NCBI GenBank assembly: GCA_023269855.1
Contig: JAGDWP010000085.1
Location: 2,991-66,990 of the forward strand
Source of the DNA: Nitrososphaerales archaeon
GTDB lineage: Archaea > Thermoproteota > Nitrososphaeria_A > Caldarchaeales > Wolframiiraptoraceae
Length of the DNA: 64,000 nt
Direction of reading: 5' to 3'
Part shown: positions 48,113 to 58,780 of the stretch, piece after piece
How positions within the stretch are numbered: the stretch's first letter is position 1
How the letters are laid out: every line of letters begins with the position of its first letter
Notes under the pieces: generated by a model
Database searches by the model: none
The model's input: only the letters and a program-made list of their open reading frames with translations
Told to the model about the DNA's origin: nothing
Program-made: the position numbers and the translations under genes

Positions 48113-50815
48113 TTATTTCGCTTTCCTTGATTTTTGGAGTATCTTCCTGAGAACGTACTTTAATATTCCTCCATGCTTGTAGTATTCGACTTCGATATTT
48201 GTATCAAGTCTCGCTACCACATTGAAGACTATCTCTGAACCATCTTCTCTTACTGCTCTAACTCTAAGCTTTTTCCTAGGATACAATCCCTCCTGAATTC
48301 CTTCTATATGGAAAACCTCTCTACCTGTTAATCCAAGAGATTTCCAGTTCTGCCCTTCCTCAAATTGGAGTGGCAGAATCCCCATGCCTACGAGGTTGCT
48401 TCTATGTATGCTCTCGAAGTTTTCTGCAATTACAGCTTTAATCCCGAGTAGATATGGTCCCTTAGCAGCCCAATCTCTAGAACTACCTGCACCATACTGT
48501 TTTCCAGCCATTACAATTATAGGGATTCCCTCTTCTCTATATTTCTTGGAGGCCTCGTATATTTTCATTATTTGACCTGAAGGAATATGGATCGTCCATC
48601 CTCCCTCTTTATCCATTGTTAGAAGATTTCTTAATCTAACATTGTCAAAGGTGCCCCTTATCATTACTTCATGGTTCCCCCTCCTTGCACCATAAGTATT
48701 GAATTCTTCAGGTTTTACTCCTCTCTCTATCAAGTATTTTCCAGCTAGGCTGTCTACAGGTATTGAGCCCGCTGGAGATATGTGGTCGGTTGTTACACGG
48801 TCGCCTAATAGTACAAGGATTCTAGCATTTCTTATATCGCTTGGCTCAGAGGGTTCGATCGCTATATCTTCGAAGAATGGTGGCTTCTGAATATAAGTAG
48901 ATTTCTCATCCCAGGGGTAAAGTTCCGTCTTCTCCATCTTTATCTCTCTCCACTTCTCACTTCCAGCATATATCTTACTATATTTCTTCTTGAAATCTGA
49001 AGGATTGATCACTTTCTCAGCTACTTCTCTAATTTCATTAATTTGGGGCCATATATCTCTAAGATATACTGGCTGACCATTCGGGTCAAATCCTAGCGGT
49101 TCATTGTATAGATCGATATCAAGTCGACCAGCTATAGCGTATGCAACAACTAATAGAGGGGATGCTAGGAAGCTCCCTCTCGTTAGTGGGTGAATTCTAC
49201 CTGCAAAGTTTCTATTACCGCTCAGAACGCTTACCGCATAGAATTGGTGAGATTTAATTGCGTCAGCAATCTTTGGTGGAAGAGGTCCACTATTACCTAT
49301 ACAGGTTGTGCATCCGAATCCTACGACATGGAATCTTAAAGCTTCAAGATACTGGAGTAGACCCGCTTTTCTAAGATACTCTACTACTACTGGGCTTCCA
49401 GGAGCGAAACTCGTCTTAACCCAAGGTTTAGTAGACAAGCCTCTCTCAACCGCCTTCTTTGCAAGGAGACCTGCACCAATCATTAACGTGGGGTTCGAGG
49501 TATTCACACAGCTTGTTATTGCAGCTATTACGACGTATCCATGTGTTAGGTCAGTTCTCACACCGTCGAACTCTAATGGAGCTCTCGAAAACAGGTCTAC
49601 GCTGACTCCTCTCTTCTTTGAATCCTCAATATATTCATTTAATATCTGCATGAATCTTTCTTTAACCTTCGTCAAAGGGATCCTATCCTCTGGATTCAGC
49701 GGTCCAGCAATTGAGGGTTCTACTTCACTGAGATCTATAGTTACTACATCTATATACTCCGGCTCAGGTGATGAATCGTCTCTAAATATTCCAATCTTCT
49801 TAGAGTATTTTTCTATGAATTTTACATGCTCTAGGCTTCTACCAGTAGTTTTGAGATATTTTAATGTCTCAACATCTATTGGGAAGTATGCGGTTCTCGG
49901 ACCGTATTCTGGAGACATATTTGAAATGGTTGCTCGGTCTGGTGCGGATAGCTTTGTAACACTGGGTCCAGTGAACTCGACGATCTTATCTACTAGATTC
50001 TTCTTTCTCAGTATTTCTGTGATTGTTAAGACTATGTCTGTAGCTGTTACACCTTCTTTAGGTTCTCCAACTAATCTTACTCCAATGACTTCTGGTATAG
50101 AGATATAGTATGGCTGACCAAGCATTACTGCTTCAGCTTCTATTCCTCCTACACCCCATCCAAGTACACCGAGAGATGAAACCATCGTTGTATGGGAGTC
50201 GGTACCTATAACAGTGTCTGGGAAGGCGGCAAGCTTACCGTTGAAGTCAGTTAAATGTATTACTTGTGCAAGATATTCAATATTTACTTGATGTATTATA
50301 CCGAATCCTGGAGAAGCAATCTTAAGATTCTTGAACGCTTTCTCCGCCCATTTCAGGAATCTGTATCTCTCTATGTTTCTTTCAATTTCTAACTCCATGT
50401 TACGTTCGAGAGCGTAGCTTGTGCCATGGAAATCTACTTGGACTGAGTGGTCTATTATAAGATGGACAGGTACAAGAGGGTTTACTATCTTGGGGTCTCC
50501 TCCAAGCTTCTTTACAGCATCCCTCATAGCAGCAAGGTCAACTAATGCTGGGACGCCCGTAAAATCTTGAAGGATTACTCTACTTGGAAAATATGGGATC
50601 TCTCTCCCTATGTTTTCTCTCCAGTTTATTAATGCTTTTACATCTTCCTCCGTGACTATTTCTCCATCCATGTTTCTAAGGAGGTTTTCAAGTAGGACTC
50701 GGATAGAGTAAGGCATTGAATTTAGATTTACGTTCTCAATTTTTGAAGGATTCCATATCCTAGCATTTCCCTTATAAGTTCTCAATATTTCACATACAGA
50801 TGAAAAACTCATCAT
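48113..50815 (-). CDS. acn: Aconitate hydratase (AcnA/IRP type)
   Basis: 900 aa. Motifs IGTDSHT, SCVNTSNP, GCTTCIGNSG and GSSRDWAAKG. Confidence 0.95.
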   Translation of the reverse strand: MMSFSSVCEILRTYKGNARIWNPSKIENVNLNSMPYSIRVLLENLLRNMDGEIVTEEDVKALINWRENIGREIPYFPSRVILQDFTGVPALVDLAAMRDAVKKLGGDPKIVNPLVPVHLIIDHSVQVDFHGTSYALERNMELEIERNIERYRFLKWAEKAFKNLKIASPGFGIIHQVNIEYLAQVIHLTDFNGKLAAFPDTVIGTDSHTTMVSSLGVLGWGVGGIEAEAVMLGQPYYISIPEVIGVRLVGEPKEGVTATDIVLTITEILRKKNLVDKIVEFTGPSVTKLSAPDRATISNMSPEYGPRTAYFPIDVETLKYLKTTGRSLEHVKFIEKYSKKIGIFRDDSSPEPEYIDVVTIDLSEVEPSIAGPLNPEDRIPLTKVKERFMQILNEYIEDSKKRGVSVDLFSRAPLEFDGVRTDLTHGYVVIAAITSCVNTSNPTLMIGAGLLAKKAVERGLSTKPWVKTSFAPGSPVVVEYLRKAGLLQYLEALRFHVVGFGCTTCIGNSGPLPPKIADAIKSHQFYAVSVLSGNRNFAGRIHPLTRGSFLASPLLVVAYAIAGRLDIDLYNEPLGFDPNGQPVYLRDIWPQINEIREVAEKVINPSDFKKKYSKIYAGSEKWREIKMEKTELYPWDEKSTYIQKPPFFEDIAIEPSEPSDIRNARILVLLGDRVTTDHISPAGSIPVDSLAGKYLIERGVKPEEFNTYGARRGNHEVMIRGTFDNVRLRNLLTMDKEGGWTIHIPSGQIMKIYEASKKYREEGIPIIVMAGKQYGAGSSRDWAAKGPYLLGIKAVIAENFESIHRSNLVGMGILPLQFEEGQNWKSLGLTGREVFHIEGIQEGLYPRKKLRVRAVREDGSEIVFNVVARLDTNIEVEYYKHGGILKYVLRKILQKSRKAK

Positions 50816-50974
50816 TTCTTATTTTCACCTGGCTATCTTATATGTTTTTAACATTCACAATATTGGATGTTCTTTCTTGAATTCTTTAGAGATTTATGGT
50901 AAGAATACGGGGGTAAGATGCGGGTTTTCATAAGTTTAAAACTTTAATTAGACGTTGCAGAACCTTGGAGTGGA

Positions 50975-52747
50975 ATGCTTTTTTCCCAGCTTGTAGAATA
51001 TTATGAGAAGATTGAGGCTACGTCTAGTAGGATTGAGATGACCAATCTCCTCGTTGAATTATTGAGGAAGAGTCCTCCTGAGATCATTGATAAAATCGTC
51101 TACCTTACTATTGGAGAGATCTATCCACCTTTCACAGGGATCGAGCTTGGTGTAGCTGATAAACTAGCTTTAAGAGCTGTTAAACTAGCCTCCGGTCAAT
51201 CTGATAAAGTCATAAAAGAAGAATACAGCAAGCTTGGAGATATTGGATTAGTAGGTGAAAAACTTCTCCATAAGCGTAGTCAGATAACTCTTCACATGAG
51301 AGAATTAACCGTTCAAGAAGTATACCAATCATTAGAGAAGGTTGCGAGAACCACTGGAGAGGGAGCTATGGATGCTAAAGTAAATATTCTTGTAGGCTTA
51401 CTATCTTCTGCAACACCCAAAGAAGCAAAGTACATTCTCAGAATCGTCACGGGTAAACTTAGGTTGGGAGTAGCCGATATGACCATACTCGATGCTCTAG
51501 CAATTTTATACGGCGGAGGTAAAGAAGCTAGGGAACTATTTGAGAGAGCTTATAATATAACTTCAGACATAGGTTACGTAGCGAAAATCGCAGTCACTGA
51601 AGGATTAGATGGGATAAAGAATGTTAAGATAACTATTGGTAGACCTATTAGACCGATGCTTGCTGAAAGACTTTCATCGGCTGTAGAGATTCTCTCTAAG
51701 ATGGGTGGAAAATGTATTGCCGAGTACAAATATGATGGGGAGAGGATGCAGATACATAAGAAGGGTAGTGAAGTAATAATATTCTCAAGAAGACAGGAGA
51801 ACATTACTTCACAGTATCCAGATGTTGTAAAAATGGTTCAGGAAAACGTTCTAGCAGAAACAGCTATACTTGAATGTGAGGCCGTCGCAATCGACAGAGA
51901 TACGGGAGATACTCTGCCATTCCAAGAACTCATGCATCGTAAAAGAAAACATGAGATAGAGAAAGCTATTGAAGAGTACCCTGTAAGCTTATACTTCTTC
52001 GACGTCTTATACGTTGATGGAGAAGACTTAACTCTTAAACCTCTAGAGGAGAGGAGAAGAATTCTTGAGCAAATCATTAAGACTAATGAGAGAATCAACT
52101 TAAGTAAAGCAATTTTCACTGATGACCCGGCGGAACTTGAGAGATTCTTCCATGAAGCAGTCGAAGTTGGATGCGAAGGACTTGTTGTGAAGAGTTTAGG
52201 TAAAGAAGCAATATATAGAGCCGGAGCTAGAGGCTGGCTCTGGATAAAGTATAAACGAGATTACAAGAGTGAGATGATAGATACTGTAGACCTCGTCGTT
52301 GTTGGAGCATTCCATGGAAGAGGTAGAAGAAGTGGGAAATATGGAGCTCTCCTCATGGCTGCATATGATCCTGAAAGAGACGTATTTCCATCTGTATGTA
52401 AAGTTGGAAGCGGTTTCACAGATGAAGACCTTGAAAAATTACCGACAATCTTAGAGCAGTACAGGATACCTCACAAGCATGCAAGAGTGGAGACTGGGAT
52501 GGAGGCAGATGTATGGTTTGAGCCGAAACTCGTCTTAGAAATCATTGGCGCTGAAATAACATTAAGCCCTATCCATTATGCAGGATGGGGTCTAATAAAA
52601 AAGGATACAGGCTTAGCTATAAGATTCCCAAGATTTACAGGTAGATATAGATTTGACAAGAATCCAGAAGATGCTACAACTGTTAAAGAACTCATAGAAA
52701 TGTATAATTCCCAGCTGAAGAAGATTACGGAGAGCGCTTCTAGCTAG
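50975..52747 (+). CDS. lig: ATP-dependent DNA ligase
   Basis: 590 aa. Adenylation motif AEYKYDGERMQIH, plus EGLVVKS and LWIKYKRDY. Confidence 0.95.
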   Translation: MLFSQLVEYYEKIEATSSRIEMTNLLVELLRKSPPEIIDKIVYLTIGEIYPPFTGIELGVADKLALRAVKLASGQSDKVIKEEYSKLGDIGLVGEKLLHKRSQITLHMRELTVQEVYQSLEKVARTTGEGAMDAKVNILVGLLSSATPKEAKYILRIVTGKLRLGVADMTILDALAILYGGGKEARELFERAYNITSDIGYVAKIAVTEGLDGIKNVKITIGRPIRPMLAERLSSAVEILSKMGGKCIAEYKYDGERMQIHKKGSEVIIFSRRQENITSQYPDVVKMVQENVLAETAILECEAVAIDRDTGDTLPFQELMHRKRKHEIEKAIEEYPVSLYFFDVLYVDGEDLTLKPLEERRRILEQIIKTNERINLSKAIFTDDPAELERFFHEAVEVGCEGLVVKSLGKEAIYRAGARGWLWIKYKRDYKSEMIDTVDLVVVGAFHGRGRRSGKYGALLMAAYDPERDVFPSVCKVGSGFTDEDLEKLPTILEQYRIPHKHARVETGMEADVWFEPKLVLEIIGAEITLSPIHYAGWGLIKKDTGLAIRFPRFTGRYRFDKNPEDATTVKELIEMYNSQLKKITESASS

Positions 52748-52752
52748 AGGAA

Positions 52753-53382
52753 GTGATAGATATGTCTCAAGAAGATAAAGAAACAGTAAAAAACCTTGCG
52801 AGAATTAAAGAGTATCTAGAGCAGAGAATTGATGAGCTTGGTAGAGAGTTGGAAATGCTGAAACAGATTGTTGAATTAGTGGATAAGGAGCTTGTTGAGA
52901 AGAGTTTCAAGAAGCCTGCTATTCCAACAGAAGTTAAAGAGCCTTCAAGAGAAATTAGTAGAGAACCCCCTAAGGAATCATTAACCAAACCTGAAATACC
53001 TATTACGCCAGAAGTTGAAGAAGGTAGAGTAAGAATCTTGAAATCGAGGACAGGGGATACGTTAGCAACAGTCTATATTTCACCGAATGAGTTGAGATTC
53101 ATTATAAACCCAAACATAAACGTTACATATGATATGAAGCCTTTCTCATCATTCTTGGTGAAGAAGGTTTTAGAGGCCATGAATAAAATGGATTTAGAGA
53201 GAGTTGAGAAAGGTAGACTTCCTCCAGGTCAGGAACTCACTTACAACATTGTTCAAGATGGTGAAAGAGTTAAAGAGATAGTGATAAGGAATTTCAGAGA
53301 AGAGTACAGGCTTAGAGAGATAGTTAATGCTATTAGGTGGACTCTAGAAACAATAGTTGAGAGACAGTCTACTCACCAATAA
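52753..53382 (+). CDS. Hypothetical coiled-coil protein coupled to the ligase gene
   Basis: 209 aa. It has an N-terminal heptad-like helix (LARIKEYLEQRIDELGRELEMLKQIVELV), a Pro/Glu linker and a C-terminal globular part. It starts 5 nt after the lig stop. Confidence 0.4.
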   Translation: MIDMSQEDKETVKNLARIKEYLEQRIDELGRELEMLKQIVELVDKELVEKSFKKPAIPTEVKEPSREISREPPKESLTKPEIPITPEVEEGRVRILKSRTGDTLATVYISPNELRFIINPNINVTYDMKPFSSFLVKKVLEAMNKMDLERVEKGRLPPGQELTYNIVQDGERVKEIVIRNFREEYRLREIVNAIRWTLETIVERQSTHQ

Positions 53383-53827
53383 CTGTTACAACTACTTTCC
53401 TATTTCTAGGTCTAGTATCTAGTTCAACTAAGACTACTTGCTGCCAAGTGCCTAGGATTGGTTTGCCTTCACCGATGGGTATGGAGATGCTTGGACCAAG
53501 TATTGAAGCTCTCACATGGCTATGACCATTATAGTCTCCCCATCTAAGATGATGCTTATATTCAGCATTTCTCGGAGCAATTCTCTCAAATGCATTGAAA
53601 AGGTCCTCTATCAAGCCTTCCTCATACTCTATAGTAGTTAAACCTACCGTTGAACCAATCGCAAACAGATGTAAAACGCCATTCCTTACACCAGACCTGT
53701 TTACTTGTTCCTCAATCTTCCCATTTAAATCTACAATGTCACCCTCTCCAGAAGTCTTAACATTTATCTCCCCTCGATAAACCCTCATAGCCAAAACCCA
53801 ATTAAAGAGATTTCTAGAGAACATCAT
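53369..53827 (-). CDS. YjbQ/UPF0047 family protein (secondary thiamine-phosphate synthase-like)
   Basis: The family pattern runs from MRVYRGEINVKT...NGHSHVRASILGPS...GTWQ. The true start is probably Met at 53788. Confidence 0.75.
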   Translation of the reverse strand: MMFSRNLFNWVLAMRVYRGEINVKTSGEGDIVDLNGKIEEQVNRSGVRNGVLHLFAIGSTVGLTTIEYEEGLIEDLFNAFERIAPRNAEYKHHLRWGDYNGHSHVRASILGPSISIPIGEGKPILGTWQQVVLVELDTRPRNRKVVVTVIGE

Positions 53828-53872
53828 AAATATATCTTAGATGATAACTAACATTCATAGTGTAGAAAGCAT

Positions 53873-56611
53873 ATGAAAAGGGGGAAGAATAGATACATAA
53901 TTATATCGATGCTCATATTCTGTTTACTGATACTGTTTTTAGATGTAGTTCCAGGATGTAAAGCTAGCCCGGATGTAACATTGAATGTTAAGACCATAGA
54001 TGGGAAGACTTTACCAAACGCTATCGTAAAGATATATAATTCTACAAACCCTCAACAATTAATCACAGAGAAGACTACTGATTCAAAAGGGAAAGCATCA
54101 CTTCCAATAAATGAGACTGCGACGTACAAACTAGTAGTAGAGTATCCGAGAGGATTTGAAGTGTATACGAATAGTAAATTTGTCTACAGTGAATTGGGGG
54201 AGAAAGAAGTCAGAGTTAATGTTTTGAGTGAATGGGTTCTAACAATATATGATAAATATGGTAGGGATGTATTGGAAAATGTTGATGTAAAGATTATTCA
54301 CAGAGAGAATAATACGATAGCTTATAGTCTTAAAACAGGTAGTGATGGAAAAGTAAAGTTCACATATGTTCCACTAGGAGGGGGGCCGTCAGCCAACTAT
54401 CTTGTAAATATTTCATATGCTAATAGAGTTTTTGAGAAGGATTATGAATGCTCTGAAGACGAGAAAAGCGTTAGTGTTAAACTTGACCTGTATAGAGTTG
54501 TAGTGAGAGTTTCAGATGTTTTAAACAGACCTGTTGAAGGCATAACAGCTGAAATAAGAGAAGACCTCGATGAGAAACCTATCTCATCTAGTACCTCGAA
54601 TTCCACAGGTCATGCAGTATTGAAATTAGTTCCAAACGGGAAATATTACCTGATAGCTAAACTTGGAGAATACGCTGTTTATCAATCTGATGAAAAAGTG
54701 ATCGAAGTATACAACAATGATAAAGAATTTTCAATAACAGCTCAAGTTGTAAAATTAAACGTTACAGTATATGATTATGATGGTGAAAGCATCATTTCAC
54801 ATTTGAACACTGAGCTTATCGGGCAAATAAGAGACTTGGAAAACAATAAGCTTGTGTCAGAGACTTCAACTCTAAACGGAGAATTAAAGTTCAATTATGT
54901 TCCTCTGGGAAAATTTAAGCTTACTGTCACCCTGGCAGGCATAGTTGTTTACTCTCAAGATTATGAAGTAAATTCTCAGACTGCTAAGGGAAGTGTTAAG
55001 GCTAGATTCTATGATGCTAAGCTAACGATTGACGCAAGCAGGCTTGCAAACAAAACTATAGTTAACTATTTGAAAGGCGTATTGAAGAAGGAATCCTTAG
55101 AAATACCACTAGAGTTTAAGGATGGATACGTATCTTTACAGAATATTCCATCTTATAGTGGATACCTTGTTAAACTGTATTATGGAGATGTAGAAGTCTC
55201 AGAAGGAGATATTGATATTACGAAAGATGAGGTAGAAGTCTCCATTAAGGTAAGAGGTGTAAACTTAACTATAACTACTCTCAATATCTATGATCAACCT
55301 ATTCCTGCTGAAGTAAAAGTTTACCTTGAGAATGGTGATGAATACTTTACGTTTAAGACTGATAATTCAGGCTCTGCAGAAGTTGGAGAATTGTTACCGA
55401 TAAATTACAAGTTTAAAGCTTATCTAATGAATGTAGAGTGTGGCGAACTAGTTGTTCAACCTCAGTCCTCCACATCATATACTATAAATCTAAGAGTGAA
55501 GAACGTGTATGTCAAACTCTACGATAAAGATAAAGAATCAGCTATCCCAGATGCTTTGATAGAATTACACACAGGTAAATCAAAGACTAGCAGTACTACG
55601 AATTCATCGGGAGTCGCATACTTTAAGAACATCCCGTTAACAAAATATTCATACACAATTTATATGTATGGTTTCAAAGTTGGAGAAGGCGAGACTGAAG
55701 TAAGCTTTGAAGATAAGCTTTTAGAGTTCATTGCATCAGGCATCTTAGATCTAAGATTAGTCATCGTAGATGGAGATAAACAACCAATAGATGGTGGCAG
55801 AGTCGTCATAACAGTTGGAGACAAGGATATAGAAGCAGACGTAGACAATAATGGTCAAGCTAGAATCATCAATCTTCCAAATACTACATTATACATCAGC
55901 GGGTTATATTATAAAGGTGTCAAAGTAAAGACTGAACCAAGCGAGATCAACTTAGTAAAAGATGAGATGACGGTTCCTCTCAGCACAAACATCTATACTT
56001 TACAGGCTTCAATAAAATTGAAGAATGGAGAACCAATGAAGTTCGGTGAAGTAAACCTGTACGTTAACGGTGAAAAAACCTCAAAGATAGATCTCTCAAT
56101 GAATAATCCATTAACTGAGAGGCTTCCAGGAGGAGAGCTAAAAATAGAAGTAGTTTTCAAGAACGTTAAAGTTGCATCTAAAACTTTTGCTTTCGATTCA
56201 TCTAAAGAGTTAACAGTAACAGCTGAAGTATACCAATTTACAAGTACATTCTATAATACATTCGGCCAAAAATTAGCCGGGTTAAAGGTAACGATTAAAG
56301 GTGAAAAGACTCCGGTAGAGGAACTTGAAACAGATGAGAGTGGAGTTATAGATACATATCTTCCCAGTGGATCTTATAGAGTCGAAATGAGCTATAATGG
56401 ATCGGAATACAGTTCTCTCATTGTAGTAAACGATACTACTAATCTAAGTATTATGTTACCCATCGATGTTCTTAACCCATTCTTCATCATTCTTCTGTCA
56501 TTAGTAAATATAGCATCAATATCAGTATACTTTATTAAAAAGATTAGAAGTAAGAAGATACGTCAAAAGAAGAAAAAGGGAAAAGTAGTTAGGAAAGTGC
56601 TTAGAATATAG
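53873..56611 (+). CDS. Large secreted repeat protein (at least 9 carboxypeptidase-regulatory-like beta-sandwich repeats) with a C-terminal TM anchor
   Basis: 912 aa. N-terminal signal/TM. The recurrent unit resembles V.I....(T/D).(S/N)G.a.f..(L/V)P.G.Y. About a dozen N-x-S/T sequons. C-terminal TM followed by KKIRSKKIRQKKKKGK. Confidence 0.6.
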   Translation: MKRGKNRYIIISMLIFCLLILFLDVVPGCKASPDVTLNVKTIDGKTLPNAIVKIYNSTNPQQLITEKTTDSKGKASLPINETATYKLVVEYPRGFEVYTNSKFVYSELGEKEVRVNVLSEWVLTIYDKYGRDVLENVDVKIIHRENNTIAYSLKTGSDGKVKFTYVPLGGGPSANYLVNISYANRVFEKDYECSEDEKSVSVKLDLYRVVVRVSDVLNRPVEGITAEIREDLDEKPISSSTSNSTGHAVLKLVPNGKYYLIAKLGEYAVYQSDEKVIEVYNNDKEFSITAQVVKLNVTVYDYDGESIISHLNTELIGQIRDLENNKLVSETSTLNGELKFNYVPLGKFKLTVTLAGIVVYSQDYEVNSQTAKGSVKARFYDAKLTIDASRLANKTIVNYLKGVLKKESLEIPLEFKDGYVSLQNIPSYSGYLVKLYYGDVEVSEGDIDITKDEVEVSIKVRGVNLTITTLNIYDQPIPAEVKVYLENGDEYFTFKTDNSGSAEVGELLPINYKFKAYLMNVECGELVVQPQSSTSYTINLRVKNVYVKLYDKDKESAIPDALIELHTGKSKTSSTTNSSGVAYFKNIPLTKYSYTIYMYGFKVGEGETEVSFEDKLLEFIASGILDLRLVIVDGDKQPIDGGRVVITVGDKDIEADVDNNGQARIINLPNTTLYISGLYYKGVKVKTEPSEINLVKDEMTVPLSTNIYTLQASIKLKNGEPMKFGEVNLYVNGEKTSKIDLSMNNPLTERLPGGELKIEVVFKNVKVASKTFAFDSSKELTVTAEVYQFTSTFYNTFGQKLAGLKVTIKGEKTPVEELETDESGVIDTYLPSGSYRVEMSYNGSEYSSLIVVNDTTNLSIMLPIDVLNPFFIILLSLVNIASISVYFIKKIRSKKIRQKKKKGKVVRKVLRI

Positions 56612-56623
56612 GAGGCGAATCTT

Positions 56624-57184
56624 ATGAAGAAGACTGCTAGGATCCTAAACATGTTCACGTACGCACTACTAATCATATTGTTTGGGCTAGTGATTTTTGC
56701 ATTAATATATAATGTTAGAGGAGAAGTTTTCCCAATCCTAGTTGTGAAGAGTGGAAGCATGGAACCACTACTAACAAGAGGGGATGTAATAATTATAGAG
56801 AAAGGTTCTCCTGAAGATATTAGAGCAGACCCAGTAAATGGTGATGTTATAGTTTTCTATAAACCTGGAACAAACATATTGATAGTTCATAGAGCTATAG
56901 CTAAAGTAGATAATGGTTTCATAACTAAGGGAGATGCAAATACTGGGTCAGACTATTTCTCACCAATACCTCCGGAATACATTGTTGGACGATGGACAGG
57001 TATAAAGATCCCCTATTGGACAGGTCTCGGTTATCTTTCATTATTCCTTCGAGGAGAAATCTATCCACCATATGGTAGAATAGTATTGATAGTCTTGATA
57101 GTTATAAATGTATTCCTAATTGTGAAAGATGTTGTCTCAAGAGGGAGAAAGAACGATCAGAGAGAGAAGAAAATAGAGCCTTAA
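56624..57184 (+). CDS. Signal peptidase I (archaeal/Sec11-SipW type)
   Basis: 186 aa. Motifs SGSMEP, IVHR and GDAN, with N- and C-terminal TM segments. AGGAGG lies upstream, 12 nt after the preceding stop. Confidence 0.85.
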   Translation: MKKTARILNMFTYALLIILFGLVIFALIYNVRGEVFPILVVKSGSMEPLLTRGDVIIIEKGSPEDIRADPVNGDVIVFYKPGTNILIVHRAIAKVDNGFITKGDANTGSDYFSPIPPEYIVGRWTGIKIPYWTGLGYLSLFLRGEIYPPYGRIVLIVLIVINVFLIVKDVVSRGRKNDQREKKIEP

Positions 57185-57791
57185 CTTGTTCTTCCATCAA
57201 TGTTTCCCCAATAGTTTTCTCCAAAACTTTAATACAGTAAACTATGCCCTGCAATAGTTCAGAGACATCTATCCCTTGATCAAGATATGGGTCAATCTTA
57301 CTTACGTTAACAGCTAGCTCGATTAATGCGAAAGACCCTCTACTATATGGTTCAATTATTCCAATACCTTTATATGCTTTGACTATTGTACAGTAGAAGT
57401 AGCCTTTCTTTACTTCTTCAGAGAAGTTCTCCACTTTAAACTCAATATAGGCTTCTGCATTCTTTAATCTTGGTGCATCAACTAGTTCTGCGTCTTCAAT
57501 TTCTTCTTTGAGATGTTCATGCTTACTTCCTGCAAGATATTTAATAAAGACTGATGGATCTCTAGTAACATTCACTACACCTACTCTTGTATCTAGAAGG
57601 TTATTGTACGTCTTAGTTCCCTTATAAACAATGAGAAGAAGACTTGAAAGCATCTGATCTATGAATCTTAAACCAATTGGTGCTGCATTAATTTCTCCTT
57701 GCCTAGACTTAGTCGTTAAGATAACTTCATAAATGACTTTTGGACGTAGAGTTGGCAGTATCTCTTTAATTGTCGATGACTCTGACTTCAT
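57102..57791 (-). CDS. DUF447-family (flavin-reductase-like split barrel) protein
   Basis: 229 aa. Motif YEVILTTKSRQGEINAAPIG. The family is commonly linked to methanopterin-related genes, as I recall. Confidence 0.55.
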   Translation of the reverse strand: MKSESSTIKEILPTLRPKVIYEVILTTKSRQGEINAAPIGLRFIDQMLSSLLLIVYKGTKTYNNLLDTRVGVVNVTRDPSVFIKYLAGSKHEHLKEEIEDAELVDAPRLKNAEAYIEFKVENFSEEVKKGYFYCTIVKAYKGIGIIEPYSRGSFALIELAVNVSKIDPYLDQGIDVSELLQGIVYCIKVLEKTIGETLMEEQVKALFSSLSDRSFSLLRQHLSQLGIHL

Positions 57792-57868
57792 CTCTCCAAA
57801 TAATATCTCTCATCAAAATATGTTTTTTGGATTAACTCAGCAAACTCTAAAGCGTTTGTCATCTAGAC

Positions 57869-58780
57869 TCATGGGGTCCAGCCTGATAATAGTGCGGTAG
57901 CTATTGAGGAAGCTAGTAAATCTGCTGTCGCACCTGGTCTCATTTTCCAGCTTTTTCTCATCTTGCTATCGAGATCACGTATTGCTTCTAGCCCCTTTTC
58001 AGTTGTGACTCCTCCTAGATTTAGAATCTTGGAAGCCATAAATGATATTCGTTCTGCTAATTGTTTTCCACCTCTTCTCATAATATGGGTATCTGGATAT
58101 TTTGAGAGGAGTTCGAGAAAAGTTTGAGCTAGAGCATCTCTCACCGGCATCTTCTTACTATTCCTTATCAGTGTTGCGGCCCCATACATTGATCTAGGAT
58201 AAAGCTTAACCCACTCATATGCTACGACCTCTCTATCTATGAATGGGCTTAACGCTTTTAGAGGTGTAAGCCTGTGTTTACTTATCTCTAGATATGTTTC
58301 GTCATTTAATACGTCTAGGAAAGGTATCCTACCCAAACCTCTTGGTGAAACAAGCTTTATCGCTTTGAATATGTTTAAGGTATCCTTCCAATCCATTCTA
58401 GAAATGATTATTTTTAGATTTTTCCGAATGGATTTCAGATTTAGCGGTTTAGTTTCTGATAATGAGGAGGCAGAAGCTATAGGGGATATCAAGAGTATTG
58501 CTCCTAGATGAGTGTTTCCACCTCTCTGGCATGACAGCATTTCGTTGACCCCTTCATAGATTACTTTTCCTAAACCTCTCCCACGTCTCTTCCGACCAGT
58601 TACTGCAGCTTTCCTAAAAACAGAATATAATGCTAAGGAAGCTATGAGGAAGTGTTCAAAATATGTTTCTCTGAAATCATGGTATCTATCAACTAATCCT
58701 GGTTTAGGAGTCGTGGAGACTTCTAACAATAGTGCTGAGACGCATTTAGAAGCTATCCAATCAAACATACTATCTGACAC
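57869..58780 (-). CDS. Triphosphoribosyl-dephospho-CoA synthase (CitG/MdcB)-like protein
   Basis: 303 aa. Motif LLLEVSTTPKPGLVDR. Confidence 0.7.
   Translation of the reverse strand: MSDSMFDWIASKCVSALLLEVSTTPKPGLVDRYHDFRETYFEHFLIASLALYSVFRKAAVTGRKRRGRGLGKVIYEGVNEMLSCQRGGNTHLGAILLISPIASASSLSETKPLNLKSIRKNLKIIISRMDWKDTLNIFKAIKLVSPRGLGRIPFLDVLNDETYLEISKHRLTPLKALSPFIDREVVAYEWVKLYPRSMYGAATLIRNSKKMPVRDALAQTFLELLSKYPDTHIMRRGGKQLAERISFMASKILNLGGVTTEKGLEAIRDLDSKMRKSWKMRPGATADLLASSIATALLSGWTP

Noticed and set aside
49308-50108. 266-aa plus-strand ORF
   Set aside because: It is antisense to the aconitase gene and Ser/Thr/Pro-rich, so it is a shadow ORF. The same reasoning applies to the other short track ORFs that lie inside and opposite the annotated genes.
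57102-57184. 83-nt convergent overlap of the signal peptidase and DUF447 3' ends
   Set aside because: Both C-terminal regions look plausible, and such overlaps occur in compact archaeal genomes. There is no evidence of a functional element.
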